A program made the position numbers and the translations under genes. A stretch of DNA of 64,000 nucleotides, taken from Minisyncoccota bacterium (lineage in GTDB: Bacteria > Patescibacteriota > Minisyncoccia > Phycocordibacterales > UBA9973). Below the pieces are notes generated by a model, which saw only the letters and a list, made by a program, of their open reading frames with translations, was not told the DNA's origin and searched no databases. How positions within the stretch are numbered: the stretch's first letter is position 1; each line of letters starts with the position of its first letter. The stretch is from contig JBAYKD010000001.1 of NCBI GenBank assembly GCA_041664745.1, forward strand, positions 27,097-91,096, in the 5' to 3' direction. Positions 1-9,385 of this stretch are shown here, piece after piece.

Positions 1-114
1 ACAGGGCTCGGATTATTTAGTGCTAGGCTCATTGCCCATGCTCATGGAGGTGAATTGTATTATGAGTCACTTCCAGGTGGTACGCAGTTTACCTTAAAAA
101 TACCATTAAAGTAA
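1..114 (+). CDS. sensor histidine kinase, C-terminal fragment (5' end outside window)
   Basis: Frame 1 reads TGLGLFSARLIAHAHGGELYYESLPGGTQFTLKIPLK*, the G2 box and tail of an HATPase_c domain. Confidence 0.8.
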   Translation, partial: TGLGLFSARLIAHAHGGELYYESLPGGTQFTLKIPLK

Positions 115-156
115 TTTTTAATTTTAAAAACAGGTTTATATAAAACTTGCTAAAAG

Positions 157-187
157 CTGGTCTCAATAAAATGGGACCAGTTTTTTC
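157..187 (+). terminator. rho-independent terminator
   Basis: CTGGTC..GACCAG stem followed by a T7 run. Confidence 0.6.
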
Positions 188-261
188 GTTTTTTGAATAG
201 TAATTTTTATGAATTTAAAGTATAATAGAATTATCTTATTAATAATAAAAAGAAACAAAAT

Positions 262-402
262 ATGGCAAAAAGAGCTACAGGTTTAAAGCCTCATAAGAAG
301 TCACCAAGGTCACACAAGACGGTAAAGCGTTTAGCAGTTAAGAAGGTTATGCTTAAAAATAAGACAGATAAGAAAAAGTCAGTTCATAAAAAAACTAAAT
401 AG
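262..402 (+). CDS. small, highly basic 46-aa protein of unknown function
   Basis: ATG ORF MAKRATGLKPHKKSPRSHKTVKRLAVKKVMLKNKTDKKKSVHKKTK*. It is too short for the supplied ORF track and is bracketed by two terminators. Confidence 0.45.
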   Translation: MAKRATGLKPHKKSPRSHKTVKRLAVKKVMLKNKTDKKKSVHKKTK

Positions 403-418
403 AATTTTATATAGAAAA

Positions 419-446
419 AGCAGGACATTTTAATGTTCTGCTTTTT
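419..446 (+). terminator. rho-independent terminator
   Basis: 8-bp stem AGCAGGAC/GTTCTGCT followed by a T run. Confidence 0.65.
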
Positions 447-483
447 CTATATGGTAAATATTGATGATTTTTAGCCCATAAAG

Positions 484-492
484 TGGTATTAT
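484..492 (+). promoter_or_regulatory. extended -10 box TGgTATTAT, 9 nt before the ATG at 502
   Basis: Sequence motif; same layout as many other genes in this window. Confidence 0.5.
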
Positions 493-501
493 ATTAGTAG
501 T

Positions 502-1887
502 ATGTTGAATTTTCTTAATTTGAATTTTAAAAAAGGGGTTAAAAAAATATCTAATAATCCTCAACTAATATATACAATTGTTGTTGCTTTGCTCATAGTC
601 GGGTCCTTCATTTTCATGGCACAGAGGTTTGTGAGTATTGCCAATGATGCACAGGAACGCCTTATAAACGTTCGTATTGGTTCTCTTCAGGATGCTTTTG
701 TCTCTTTCGCAGGAGATAAGATAGATGATCCCCAGTATTTAAACAAAAAAATAGATGAAATAGTAAATACAAATGAAACCATTAAAAGTTTCAAGGTTAT
801 AGTTAAGAAGATAGAATTAAATCCAGATACAAATACAACTGAGACAGTCTATAAGATAATTGCTTCTAATAATAAGGAGGAAGTTGGTTCAAACGATACA
901 GAAGTTTCCTTTCTTTTTACAATTGCAACAGGGGATCCGACTCATTCTATAACAATCGCTTTAAATAATAATGGTGAAAGATTATTTAGAACAACTCGAT
1001 CTATTACAGATAATATGGGGAATATTCTTGGGGCTGTTGTTACTACACAGACTTTGTCATTAGCTGATATTGCCATACAAAGTAGTATTACCAACAGTCG
1101 AATATTACTTTTTGTAATTTTATCTCTTATCATGCTTTTGTTTTTCAGACTTTCAAAAATTATAGATTACATGGATTTATACAAAAAATTAAAAGAAGTT
1201 GATCAACTCAAGGATGACTTCGTTTCTATGGCGTCTCATGAACTACGTACTCCGCTTTCTATTATACGAGGCTATGCTGATTTTATGAAGGGAGCTCCTG
1301 AATTATCAGTAGAAACAAAAGACTATGTAAACAAGATTGATTCTTCAGCAAAAGACCTTGATGTATTAGTCAGTGACATGCTCGATGTTTCTAAAATACA
1401 ACAAGGTAGAATGTCTTTTGAACTTGCTAAATTAAATCCAACTCAAATGATAGAAGAAGTAACTTCATCTTTAGTTTTACCTGCCAAAGAAAAAAATCTA
1501 AATATTTCTTTTGACAAATCTGGAGTAAAAGATACTCAATATATAAATGTAGATGCTAATCGTTTAAAACAAGTTCTAATAAACATTATTGGTAATGCTG
1601 TTAAATATACAAAGAAAGGGGAAGTAATAGTGAGAACTTATGAAGAAAAAGGAAGGCTCTATATAAGATGTAGTGATACAGGTATCGGTATGAGTGAGGA
1701 AGAAAGAGAAAAATTATTTGAAAAGTTTTATCGTATCAGAAACGAAGAGACCAAAGAAATTCGTGGTACAGGTCTTGGGCTTTGGATTACTGCTCAGATA
1801 ATAAAACAAATGAATGGTATTTTATCGGTTGAATCTATAAAAGGGGTCGGTTCGCATTTTATAGTATCTTTCCCATTAGTTAGCTAA
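502..1887 (+). CDS. membrane sensor histidine kinase
   Basis: 461 aa. Two TM segments flank an extracytoplasmic region. H-box MASHELRTPL, N-box NIIGNAVKYT, G-boxes DTGIGM and GTGLGLWI. Confidence 0.92.
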   Translation: MLNFLNLNFKKGVKKISNNPQLIYTIVVALLIVGSFIFMAQRFVSIANDAQERLINVRIGSLQDAFVSFAGDKIDDPQYLNKKIDEIVNTNETIKSFKVIVKKIELNPDTNTTETVYKIIASNNKEEVGSNDTEVSFLFTIATGDPTHSITIALNNNGERLFRTTRSITDNMGNILGAVVTTQTLSLADIAIQSSITNSRILLFVILSLIMLLFFRLSKIIDYMDLYKKLKEVDQLKDDFVSMASHELRTPLSIIRGYADFMKGAPELSVETKDYVNKIDSSAKDLDVLVSDMLDVSKIQQGRMSFELAKLNPTQMIEEVTSSLVLPAKEKNLNISFDKSGVKDTQYINVDANRLKQVLINIIGNAVKYTKKGEVIVRTYEEKGRLYIRCSDTGIGMSEEEREKLFEKFYRIRNEETKEIRGTGLGLWITAQIIKQMNGILSVESIKGVGSHFIVSFPLVS

Positions 1888-1908
1888 TTTTTATTATAAT
1901 TTTTAATC

Positions 1909-3708
1909 TTGTCTAAAAGTATGAATAAAATTAAATCAAATATGCATAAGGGTAACAAACATTTCGTTTTAGGTCTTAGTTTTTTTGTTTTTGCTTTAAT
2001 ATCTTCAGTTGTTTGGGGATTGATATATGCTGAAGGTGATATTACTTCTTTGGATAGACTTTCAACTTCTACATCTTTATCTACAACTATTCCTACTACC
2101 TCTACCACTTCTATCACTTCTCCTATTTCTTCTACTTCTCCTACTACATCTACTCTAATTCCTACAACTAATACAGAGCTTCCAACTACTACAATAACAA
2201 CTGTTACCACGACAACTCCAATAATTAATACAACAACCACACAATTACAAAGTACTACAACCAGTGGAAGTGATGAAGGAAGTGGGGGTGGTAATACTTC
2301 GAGACTTTATATTCCATCTACTCCATCTGATTTACGATTAGATAATATTGTAATCCCATATAATATTTCACTTTCATGGAATGATAATTCTAATAATGAA
2401 GATAAATTTAATATTGAGAAAAAATTAAGTAGTGCCTCAGTTTGGTCTAGTCTTGCTCAAGTGGGTACTAATGTACTTCATTATATTGATACCAAAGTAA
2501 TTCCTAATACTCCTTATGATTATAGAATATCAGCTTGTTTGTCAGGTACTCCATGTTCTGGTGTAGTTAAATTAGAGAAGGTTTATACAACAACTATCAC
2601 TACAAATCCTACAACACCGATTGAACCAGTTAAACCAATTGTACCAATTATAACAACACCAACGGAAACCATCAAACCGGTTATACCTATAGCAACGATA
2701 CCAACAGAAACAATAATTCCTAAAACTCCAACTACAACAATTCCTAAAATACAGATAGATACATTACCAAAAGTCATAATACCAACAGCTACTATACAAA
2801 CAACCACTCTACCAACAGTGGAGAATATTTCAGGTGTTAATGTCGCTTCTACTACGACAGAAATTAAAACACCAATCCCACTCGAGACTCCAAAAGAAAT
2901 GATTGAAAGTGTTACAGCAGCTCTTAATATTCTTCCTGCGACCTTGCCTGAAATAAAAACAGACATAACCCAAACAAAGCAAGTTAAAGAACAGATAAAA
3001 CAAGAAGAAACAGCAAGGAAAGAAGTTGTACAACAAGAAATAACCAAGCTTGTATATCAAGATACAAATAAAGATGGAATTTCTGACTATGACTCTAAAT
3101 ATGTTTACAATATGGACCCTGTAAAGCCTTCGCCAACTTCTACTTATGAAGGAAAGAGTATAAATGCAGGAGAGAAAATTTTGCTTGGATTTGATCCTGG
3201 TAAAAAAGAATTGGAGAAAGTTGTAGTAGAAGAACCTGCTACTTCTAAATCAGAGGTAGTTGTATCTTTATATAAAGTTAGGGAAGTAGCTCTTACAGAA
3301 AAGAAAGAAGTTAAATTGAAGGGCCAAGCATTACCAAATAGTTTCATCACGCTTTACATTTATAGTACTCCTATCATGGTAACAGTGAAGACTGATAGTA
3401 ACGGAGAATGGCAGTATACACTTGATAAAGAATTAGAGAATGGTAATCATACAGTTTATACAGCAACAGTTAACAATACAGGTAATATTGTGGCGAAGAG
3501 TACACCATTTACATTTGTAAAGACGGCAGAGGCTGTGACATTACAAGATCTTACCCCAATACAAAGTTCAACCAGTACTACTATGGTAGAGAGGCCTGTG
3601 TTTGTGCAAACTAAAAACATATTTTTCTTAGGAATAGTCTTATTAATGATAATTGGGGTCATTTTGGTACTAATTGGTTTATTTAGTAAAAAGGTTGACC
3701 AAGCTTAA
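1909..3708 (+). CDS. mosaic cell-surface protein (signal anchor, Thr/Ser/Pro-rich linkers, FN3-like, calcium-binding-like DTNKDGISDYD, Ig-like domain, C-terminal TM anchor)
   Basis: 599-aa ORF. The track start at 1909 is TTG; the ATG at 1921 (MNKIKSNMHKG..) is an alternative. The hydrophobic N-terminus and C-terminus are visible. Confidence 0.8.
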   Translation: MSKSMNKIKSNMHKGNKHFVLGLSFFVFALISSVVWGLIYAEGDITSLDRLSTSTSLSTTIPTTSTTSITSPISSTSPTTSTLIPTTNTELPTTTITTVTTTTPIINTTTTQLQSTTTSGSDEGSGGGNTSRLYIPSTPSDLRLDNIVIPYNISLSWNDNSNNEDKFNIEKKLSSASVWSSLAQVGTNVLHYIDTKVIPNTPYDYRISACLSGTPCSGVVKLEKVYTTTITTNPTTPIEPVKPIVPIITTPTETIKPVIPIATIPTETIIPKTPTTTIPKIQIDTLPKVIIPTATIQTTTLPTVENISGVNVASTTTEIKTPIPLETPKEMIESVTAALNILPATLPEIKTDITQTKQVKEQIKQEETARKEVVQQEITKLVYQDTNKDGISDYDSKYVYNMDPVKPSPTSTYEGKSINAGEKILLGFDPGKKELEKVVVEEPATSKSEVVVSLYKVREVALTEKKEVKLKGQALPNSFITLYIYSTPIMVTVKTDSNGEWQYTLDKELENGNHTVYTATVNNTGNIVAKSTPFTFVKTAEAVTLQDLTPIQSSTSTTMVERPVFVQTKNIFFLGIVLLMIIGVILVLIGLFSKKVDQA

Positions 3709-3734
3709 CTTAATTTGACTACTTTTTGACTTCA

Positions 3735-3763
3735 TTGATTAATACCTATAAGGGTGGTACTAT
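3735..3763 (+). promoter_or_regulatory. sigma70-type promoter TTGATT-17-TGgTACTAT for the cold-shock gene (5' UTR about 75 nt)
   Basis: -35 at 3735-3740, -10 at 3758-3763, with TG at -15/-14. Confidence 0.55.
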
Positions 3764-3843
3764 TATAAGTACAAAAGCTATTATCTGAATAAGTCGATTT
3801 AGTAATTTCTATTTTGTACATTATTTATTTAAAGTCTATTAAC

Positions 3844-4056
3844 ATGAAAGGAACTATCAAAAAAATCGTTACTGATAAACCATTTGGTTTTATCACAGTT
3901 GAAGGACAATCAAATGACGTCTTTTTCCACAAGGATAAAGTAGTAGGAGTATCATTTGAGGATCTTCGCGAAGGTGACACTGTCACATTTCAAATAGAAG
4001 AAAATGAAAGAAACGGAGAGAAGAAAACAAGTGCTGTAAACGTAGAACGCGTTTAA
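3844..4056 (+). CDS. cold-shock domain protein (CspA family)
   Basis: 70 aa. KGTIKKIVTDKPFGFI and DVFFH correspond to RNP1/RNP2-like motifs. The ATG at 3844 is preferred over the track start at 3814. Confidence 0.88.
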   Translation: MKGTIKKIVTDKPFGFITVEGQSNDVFFHKDKVVGVSFEDLREGDTVTFQIEENERNGEKKTSAVNVERV

Positions 4057-4068
4057 TATTGTTTTTAC

Positions 4069-4097
4069 AAAAAACACCCTCTATCGGGTGTTTTTTG
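4069..4097 (+). terminator. rho-independent terminator
   Basis: ACACCC..GGGTGT stem flanked by an A run and a T run. Confidence 0.7.
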
Positions 4098-4124
4098 TTT
4101 TGTCTTATTTTTTACATATATTTA

Positions 4125-4133
4125 TGGTATTAT
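4125..4133 (+). promoter_or_regulatory. extended -10 box TGgTATTAT, 6 nt before the ATG at 4140
   Basis: Identical 9-mer to the box at 484-492. Confidence 0.5.
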
Positions 4134-4139
4134 TAGTAT

Positions 4140-4514
4140 ATGGAAATATTCAAGAAAGTTAATAATTTTTTTAATCGTATTGGTTCAAAGTTTAGGCATC
4201 AATTAAGTCACTGGCCGCTTGTCTATGCATTTCTAGGTAGTATCGGGGTGGTTCTTATATGGAGAGGAGTTTGGCATATCGCGGATGATATGAATATGTC
4301 CGGGTTATCATCATTATTTTGGGGTGTTTTTATATCTATAGCTACAGGGCTATTTGTGTCCTTTTTTGTAGGAGATAAAATTATAATTACAGGTATTAGA
4401 GAAGAAAAGAGAATTGATGAAAAGACAGAAGATGAAATAAAGAAAGAAGAAATTTCTTTAGTTGAAATTAAAAAGGATTTAAAAGAAATTAAGGAAGAAA
4501 TAAAAGAAATTTAA
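4140..4514 (+). CDS. hypothetical membrane protein with a charged Lys/Glu-rich tail
   Basis: 124-aa ORF with two predicted TM helices followed by EEKRIDEKTEDEIKKEE.. Confidence 0.65.
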   Translation: MEIFKKVNNFFNRIGSKFRHQLSHWPLVYAFLGSIGVVLIWRGVWHIADDMNMSGLSSLFWGVFISIATGLFVSFFVGDKIIITGIREEKRIDEKTEDEIKKEEISLVEIKKDLKEIKEEIKEI

Positions 4515-4532
4515 TTAATTTTTTAAAACACA

Positions 4533-6032
4533 ATGAATAATTTACCTATAATTTTAGCACTACTCCCTTTTGTATTTTTTGTTTTTTTCCTTTTAATTTA
4601 TAAAACGTCATTATTGAAAGCCTCGTTAATTACTTTCCTTCTTTACGTATTGTTAGCAATTTTTTATTGGGGTATAATTCCTGGCTTTTTGTTGATATCT
4701 TTTGGCAAGGGCTTCTTCGTTGCCTTTGATATTTTAATAATTATTTTTGGAGCTATTTTCTTTTTGGAAATATTGAAGGACCTTAAGGTTATCAACAATA
4801 TCTCTTATTATTTGGAACATTTATCTCACGATTATAGAGTCCAGATAATAGTTATAGCTTGGCTTTTTGAGGCTTTTCTAGAAGGTACAGCAGGGTTTGG
4901 GACACCAGCTGCTATAGCTGTACCTTTGCTGATTGGGCTTGGCCTTACGCCAATTAGGGCCCTTATTGTTGGGTTACTAGGGAATAGTACTGCTGGAGTC
5001 TTTGGAGCTGCTGGTACGCCTATCACCGTTGGTTATGCGGGGTTAAACGTTGCATCTGTTCCATATATATCTTCACTTTTAAATATTGCCGGGATTATTG
5101 TACCAATATTTATGCTTTGGGCTATTACTCTTGGTAGAGAGAATAGAAAAAAGGAGTTTTTAGATGCATTACCATTTGCAATTTGGTCAGGATTTGTGTT
5201 TATTATACCTTCTATTTTATTTGCAAAATTCTGGCCGGAATTTCCTTCCATTTTAGGTTCGGTTGTAGGAATAATTTTAGTTTTAATTACTACTAAACTT
5301 CATATCTTTGTTCCAAAAGAAAACTTAAGTTTGAAAAATGAAAAAGATTTGACCAGCACTATGTCACCATTTAGATCCTTTTTGCCTTATATTATTTTAG
5401 TCCTATGTTTAATAATAGGTAAGATTTTTTTAGGAAAGACAGGAATAACCCTAAACCTAGGTTTCAAACATGTTTTTAATTTGTTTAATCCAGGGTTTGC
5501 TTTCCTTGTAGCTGGTTTCATTGTGGCAGCTATATGGAAAAGTAAAAAGACAGTTTTAGTAGATTCTATCAAGGTTGGTTTTACAGAAGCTATTGGTCCA
5601 TTTTTTGTGATCGTATCAATGCTGGCAATGGTGCAAGTAATGATAAATTCTGGTCAAAATTCTTCAGGATTACCTTCTGCTATTGTGATCATTGCTCATT
5701 TCTTTGAAACTTCACTGTTGCCGTTCTTTTCACCATTTATAGGTGCTTTTGGTGGATTCATTACAGGTAGCGTCACTGTTTCAAATATTTTATTTGGTAA
5801 TTTGTTTTATACTGCCGCAACTCCACTTGGCTTAAATCCACAAACAATTTTATCCTTAGGAGTAGTTGGGGCAGCAGCTGGTAATATGATTGCCTTGGCT
5901 GATATACTAACAGCAGAAGCTGTCGTACGCGTGAAGAATCAAGAATTAGATATCTTAAGGGGAGTATTTATTCCTTGTATGGTTTATTTAATTATTGTTG
6001 GTTTGATAGGTATGTTACTTTTTGGTAAATAA
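4533..6032 (+). CDS. L-lactate/glycolate permease (LctP family)
   Basis: 499 aa, polytopic. EGTAGFGTPAAIAVPLLIGLGLTP resembles the LctP signature region. Confidence 0.85.
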   Translation: MNNLPIILALLPFVFFVFFLLIYKTSLLKASLITFLLYVLLAIFYWGIIPGFLLISFGKGFFVAFDILIIIFGAIFFLEILKDLKVINNISYYLEHLSHDYRVQIIVIAWLFEAFLEGTAGFGTPAAIAVPLLIGLGLTPIRALIVGLLGNSTAGVFGAAGTPITVGYAGLNVASVPYISSLLNIAGIIVPIFMLWAITLGRENRKKEFLDALPFAIWSGFVFIIPSILFAKFWPEFPSILGSVVGIILVLITTKLHIFVPKENLSLKNEKDLTSTMSPFRSFLPYIILVLCLIIGKIFLGKTGITLNLGFKHVFNLFNPGFAFLVAGFIVAAIWKSKKTVLVDSIKVGFTEAIGPFFVIVSMLAMVQVMINSGQNSSGLPSAIVIIAHFFETSLLPFFSPFIGAFGGFITGSVTVSNILFGNLFYTAATPLGLNPQTILSLGVVGAAAGNMIALADILTAEAVVRVKNQELDILRGVFIPCMVYLIIVGLIGMLLFGK

Positions 6033-6037
6033 ATTTT

Positions 6038-6262
6038 ATGTATATAAAAGTTAAGGTAGAGGCAGGTGCGAAAAAAGAGAAGATAGAGAAAAAATCAGAA
6101 AACAATTTTCTGATAAAAGTAAAAGAACCCGCAGAAAGGAATTTGGCAAATACTCGTATTAGAGAGATTATAGCCTCTATTTATGCGATAAACGTCAAAT
6201 CTGTGCGTATTATAAGTGGGCATCAAGCTCCTAGTAAAATATTGTCTATCAATATTCTCTAA
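6038..6262 (+). CDS. DUF167 (YggU-like) family protein
   Basis: 74 aa. Family-like pattern ..KVKEPAERNLANTRIREIIASIY..VRIISGHQAPSKIL. Confidence 0.7.
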   Translation: MYIKVKVEAGAKKEKIEKKSENNFLIKVKEPAERNLANTRIREIIASIYAINVKSVRIISGHQAPSKILSINIL

Positions 6263-6307
6263 AATTTGCGATAATGTAAGTATTATTAATAATTCATAAT
6301 TTCACAC

Positions 6308-6691
6308 ATGAGTACAAATATAAAAGCAACAAATATGGAGTTAACTAGTGCTATAACGGATTATGTTAACAAAAAGGTAGAATCGATTAATAAGTTTGTT
6401 TCATCTGGGGAAGAAGTTATTGTTTATGTGGAAGTAGGGAAGACGACGAAACATCATAAACAAGGAGATTATTTTAAAGCTGAATTTGATGTAAATATAA
6501 ATGGAGAAAAGTTTTTTACTGATTCTGAACAAAGTGACTTATATAAAGCAATCGATGATGCGAAAGACGAACTAATAAAAAAAATTAAAAATAGTAAAGA
6601 TAAAAAGAGCACCCTTTTCAAAAGAGGTGCGACTAGTGTAAAGAAAATGATGAAAGGAATTTCTAAAAGAAATCCATTTACTTCCAAATAG
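6308..6691 (+). CDS. hpf: ribosome hibernation promoting factor (HPF/RaiA family)
   Basis: 127 aa. The N-terminus NIKATNMELTSAITDYVNKKV and overall size are typical of HPF/YfiA. Confidence 0.8.
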   Translation: MSTNIKATNMELTSAITDYVNKKVESINKFVSSGEEVIVYVEVGKTTKHHKQGDYFKAEFDVNINGEKFFTDSEQSDLYKAIDDAKDELIKKIKNSKDKKSTLFKRGATSVKKMMKGISKRNPFTSK

Positions 6692-7502
6692 TTTCTTTTT
6701 TCCCTTCAGGAATAACTCTCTTTATTATGAATGAACCATTTTCATAAACAGCTTCAGTTATTTTAATTCTTTTACCATTTTGAAAAAAGAAACTCCCTGG
6801 CCAACCATAAAAGGCTCTGTATTTGTTCCAATTTTCTATACCATTCCCATTAGGGTCTATTTCTCCATCTTCTTTCTTTATTTTCTTACAAAATATTGCC
6901 TTGGCCTCATCTTGTGCTTTTGGTGTTATTTCTTTATTTTTAATTTGTGGCAAAATCTCACAGAGAACATTTGCTCCTAGATTTATAAGAGTCAGACGAA
7001 GTTTTTCTTTAGTATCACTTATCCCTATTTCTATTTTCTCTTCTGCCAGTATCGGTCCACTGTCAAGTTTGTATTCCATTTGCTGGATACTTACACCTGT
7101 TTCTTCATCTCCGTTTAAGAGACACGCTTCAAGTGGAGAAGCACCTCTCCATAAAGGAAGAAGGGAATAATGAATATTTATAGTACCAAGTTTAGGTTTA
7201 TTTATTATTTCTTCTGGGAGTATTTTTCCATAAGCAACCACTATAGATAACTCATAGTTTTCAGGTTTTATTTCATTTATAAATTCAGGTGTTATTTTTT
7301 CTGGCTTTAAACATTTGATGTTATTTTCTTTTGCCCATATAGAAACAGGAGTTTCGTGCATTTCAAGTCCGCGTCCAGACGGTTTATCAGGAGAGGTGAC
7401 TATAGCTTCTGGTATATATCCTTTTTCTTTTAAAATATCTAGCGTTTTACTTGCTACATCTGGAGTACCAAAGAATATAAATTTTAAATTTTGAGAAGAC
7501 AT
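6678..7502 (-). CDS. fmt: methionyl-tRNA formyltransferase
   Basis: 274 aa. FFGTPDVASKTLDIL, SPDKPSGRG, NIHYSLLPLWRGASP. Confidence 0.92.
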   Translation of the reverse strand: MSSQNLKFIFFGTPDVASKTLDILKEKGYIPEAIVTSPDKPSGRGLEMHETPVSIWAKENNIKCLKPEKITPEFINEIKPENYELSIVVAYGKILPEEIINKPKLGTINIHYSLLPLWRGASPLEACLLNGDEETGVSIQQMEYKLDSGPILAEEKIEIGISDTKEKLRLTLINLGANVLCEILPQIKNKEITPKAQDEAKAIFCKKIKKEDGEIDPNGNGIENWNKYRAFYGWPGSFFFQNGKRIKITEAVYENGSFIIKRVIPEGKKETIWK

Positions 7503-7515
7503 TTATATATAATTA

Positions 7516-8073
7516 TTAATTATTATCTTCAAATTCATTTAAGAGGGGAGCATCATGCAAATCTTTTGCTTTATCTGTAAAGAGTATTCCATCTAGATGA
7601 TCATTTTCATGTTGAAATATATGAGCAAGTAATCCAACCCCATCTTTTACAATTTTTTTACCATTTTCATCATAAGCTTCAACGGTGGCACGAGTGGCAC
7701 GACGGACTTTACCATACACAGGTCTTACAGATAGGCATCCTTCAGAAAGGAGTTTTTTATCTTTAGATATCTTTTTTAGTATTGGATTAATGAAAACCAA
7801 ATCTTTCTGACGGGCTTTTTTGTATAGTTCACCTTCAGTTGAACCCTTACCTCGAATAAAATCTTCATCAAAAATTTTTCCAGAAATGACAAAAATACGC
7901 AAAGAGACTCCTATCTGTGGAGCGGCGATCGCGACCCCATCACTTTGAGAACCTAGTGCTTCACTCATCTCACTGACGATTTTCCTGATTTTTGGTTTTG
8001 TGATACTAGCAACAGGAACTTCTTTGGCGATTTTTCTTAAAACTGGATCTTCATTTTGAACAATTGGAATCAT
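7516..8073 (-). CDS. def: peptide deformylase
   Basis: 185 aa. Motifs GVAIAAPQIG, EGCLS, HENDHLDG. Confidence 0.95.
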   Translation of the reverse strand: MIPIVQNEDPVLRKIAKEVPVASITKPKIRKIVSEMSEALGSQSDGVAIAAPQIGVSLRIFVISGKIFDEDFIRGKGSTEGELYKKARQKDLVFINPILKKISKDKKLLSEGCLSVRPVYGKVRRATRATVEAYDENGKKIVKDGVGLLAHIFQHENDHLDGILFTDKAKDLHDAPLLNEFEDNN

Positions 8074-8081
8074 ATATTTGT

Positions 8082-9380
8082 TTACTTAAGATTTTTTATA
8101 TAATCAAGTAAGTTAGATAATTTTACAGTATCTTGTGATCTATTAGTCATATCTCTAAAGATAACCGAATCTTCCATTGCTTCTTTTTGTCCAAAGATTA
8201 TAGCGTAATGCATTCCAAGTTTCTCAGCGACGGCTAGTTGGGCGCCCAAATTATCTTTAGAGATAGATTGTGCTATTGGAATCTTACCTTTTCGAAGTAT
8301 TTCAATAACATTTAATGATTTTAATTTAGCATCAAAACCAAGCTGAATAAAATATATTTTAGGCTTTTTTATTATACGAGGAGAAAGTTTTGCAAACCAA
8401 GGTGCCTCTACTACTCGATCAACTCCAATGGAAATACCGACAGATGAAACATCCTTTTTACTTCCTAATTGCTTTGCTAAGTAGTCATATCGTCCTCCAC
8501 CAGCGATTGTTATCATTTTACCTGTTTCTTTGTCTTCTATCATTATTTCAACAACAGTTCGAGTGTAATAAGAGAGGCCTCTGACAAGGCATTTATTTAT
8601 TGTGTAAGGTATTTCCATCTTCTCAAGATACTCTAAAACTTCTTTGAAATGTTTTTGACAGTCTGCGCATAAGTGCGATAGGGAATCTGGAGCATTTTTA
8701 TTGAGCTCAATAGTTCTTTCTTCTTTAGAGTCAAGAATTCTTAGGGGATTTGTTTTTAGTCTTTCGTGATCTATGGCAGGGAGGAATTGAATGTTTTTCT
8801 TGTAGTAAGAAACAAGCTCTCTTATATATGAGGCTCTGCATTCTTTGTCTCCAATAGAGTTGATATCTACAGATAGCTTTTTAGCACCAGCTTCTTCTAA
8901 TATTGTCCAAGCAGTTTTAATTACCAAAGCGTCCATAATACTTTTCTCACTTCCAAGAGAGTCAATATCAAATTGATAGAATTGTCTATAACGTCCTTTT
9001 TGTGGATTATCGTGTCTAAAGCTTGGTCCATAACTGTAGAAGAGGAGTGGTTGAGGTAAAGACTGCATTCCATGCTCTATGTAGCTACGCATAAGCCCCG
9101 CAGTGTGCTCAGGACGCAATGCTAGATGATCTCCGCCTTTTGTTTTAAGAGTATACATTTCTTTGTCGATTATATCCGTGCCTTCTCCAATAGAAGAAGT
9201 GAAAACTCCTTCCTGCTCCACTATTGGTGTATCGATAGGTTTGAATCCATAATAAACAGAAACTTCTTGAGCTTTCTCAAAAAAACCTTGGAATTGATAA
9301 TATTCTTCATCTATAATATCTCGCATTCCTTTCAAGGATAAGAATGGTTCTTTATTTGTTTTTTTCTTTGGATTATTCAT
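8082..9380 (-). CDS. hisS: histidyl-tRNA synthetase
   Basis: 432 aa. KGMRDI, LRPEHTAGLMR, YRQFYQFDID, GGGRYD. Confidence 0.95.
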   Translation of the reverse strand: MNNPKKKTNKEPFLSLKGMRDIIDEEYYQFQGFFEKAQEVSVYYGFKPIDTPIVEQEGVFTSSIGEGTDIIDKEMYTLKTKGGDHLALRPEHTAGLMRSYIEHGMQSLPQPLLFYSYGPSFRHDNPQKGRYRQFYQFDIDSLGSEKSIMDALVIKTAWTILEEAGAKKLSVDINSIGDKECRASYIRELVSYYKKNIQFLPAIDHERLKTNPLRILDSKEERTIELNKNAPDSLSHLCADCQKHFKEVLEYLEKMEIPYTINKCLVRGLSYYTRTVVEIMIEDKETGKMITIAGGGRYDYLAKQLGSKKDVSSVGISIGVDRVVEAPWFAKLSPRIIKKPKIYFIQLGFDAKLKSLNVIEILRKGKIPIAQSISKDNLGAQLAVAEKLGMHYAIIFGQKEAMEDSVIFRDMTNRSQDTVKLSNLLDYIKNLK

Positions 9381-9385
9381 TTTGT

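Noticed and set aside
2040-2260. Periodic-looking DNA (act/tct/cct/aca repeats) that could be mistaken for a repeat array or CRISPR.
   Set aside because: It is the in-frame Thr/Ser/Pro-rich linker of the 1909..3708 surface protein. There are no constant repeats with unique spacers, and no CRISPR array anywhere in the window.
8238-8249. Short GC-rich palindromes TTGGGCGCCCAA in hisS (8238-8249) and GCGATCGC in def (7925-7932).
   Set aside because: They have no loop, are too short to form hairpin elements, encode conserved-looking residues (..LGAQLA..) and are single occurrences. I treat them as chance restriction-site-like palindromes.
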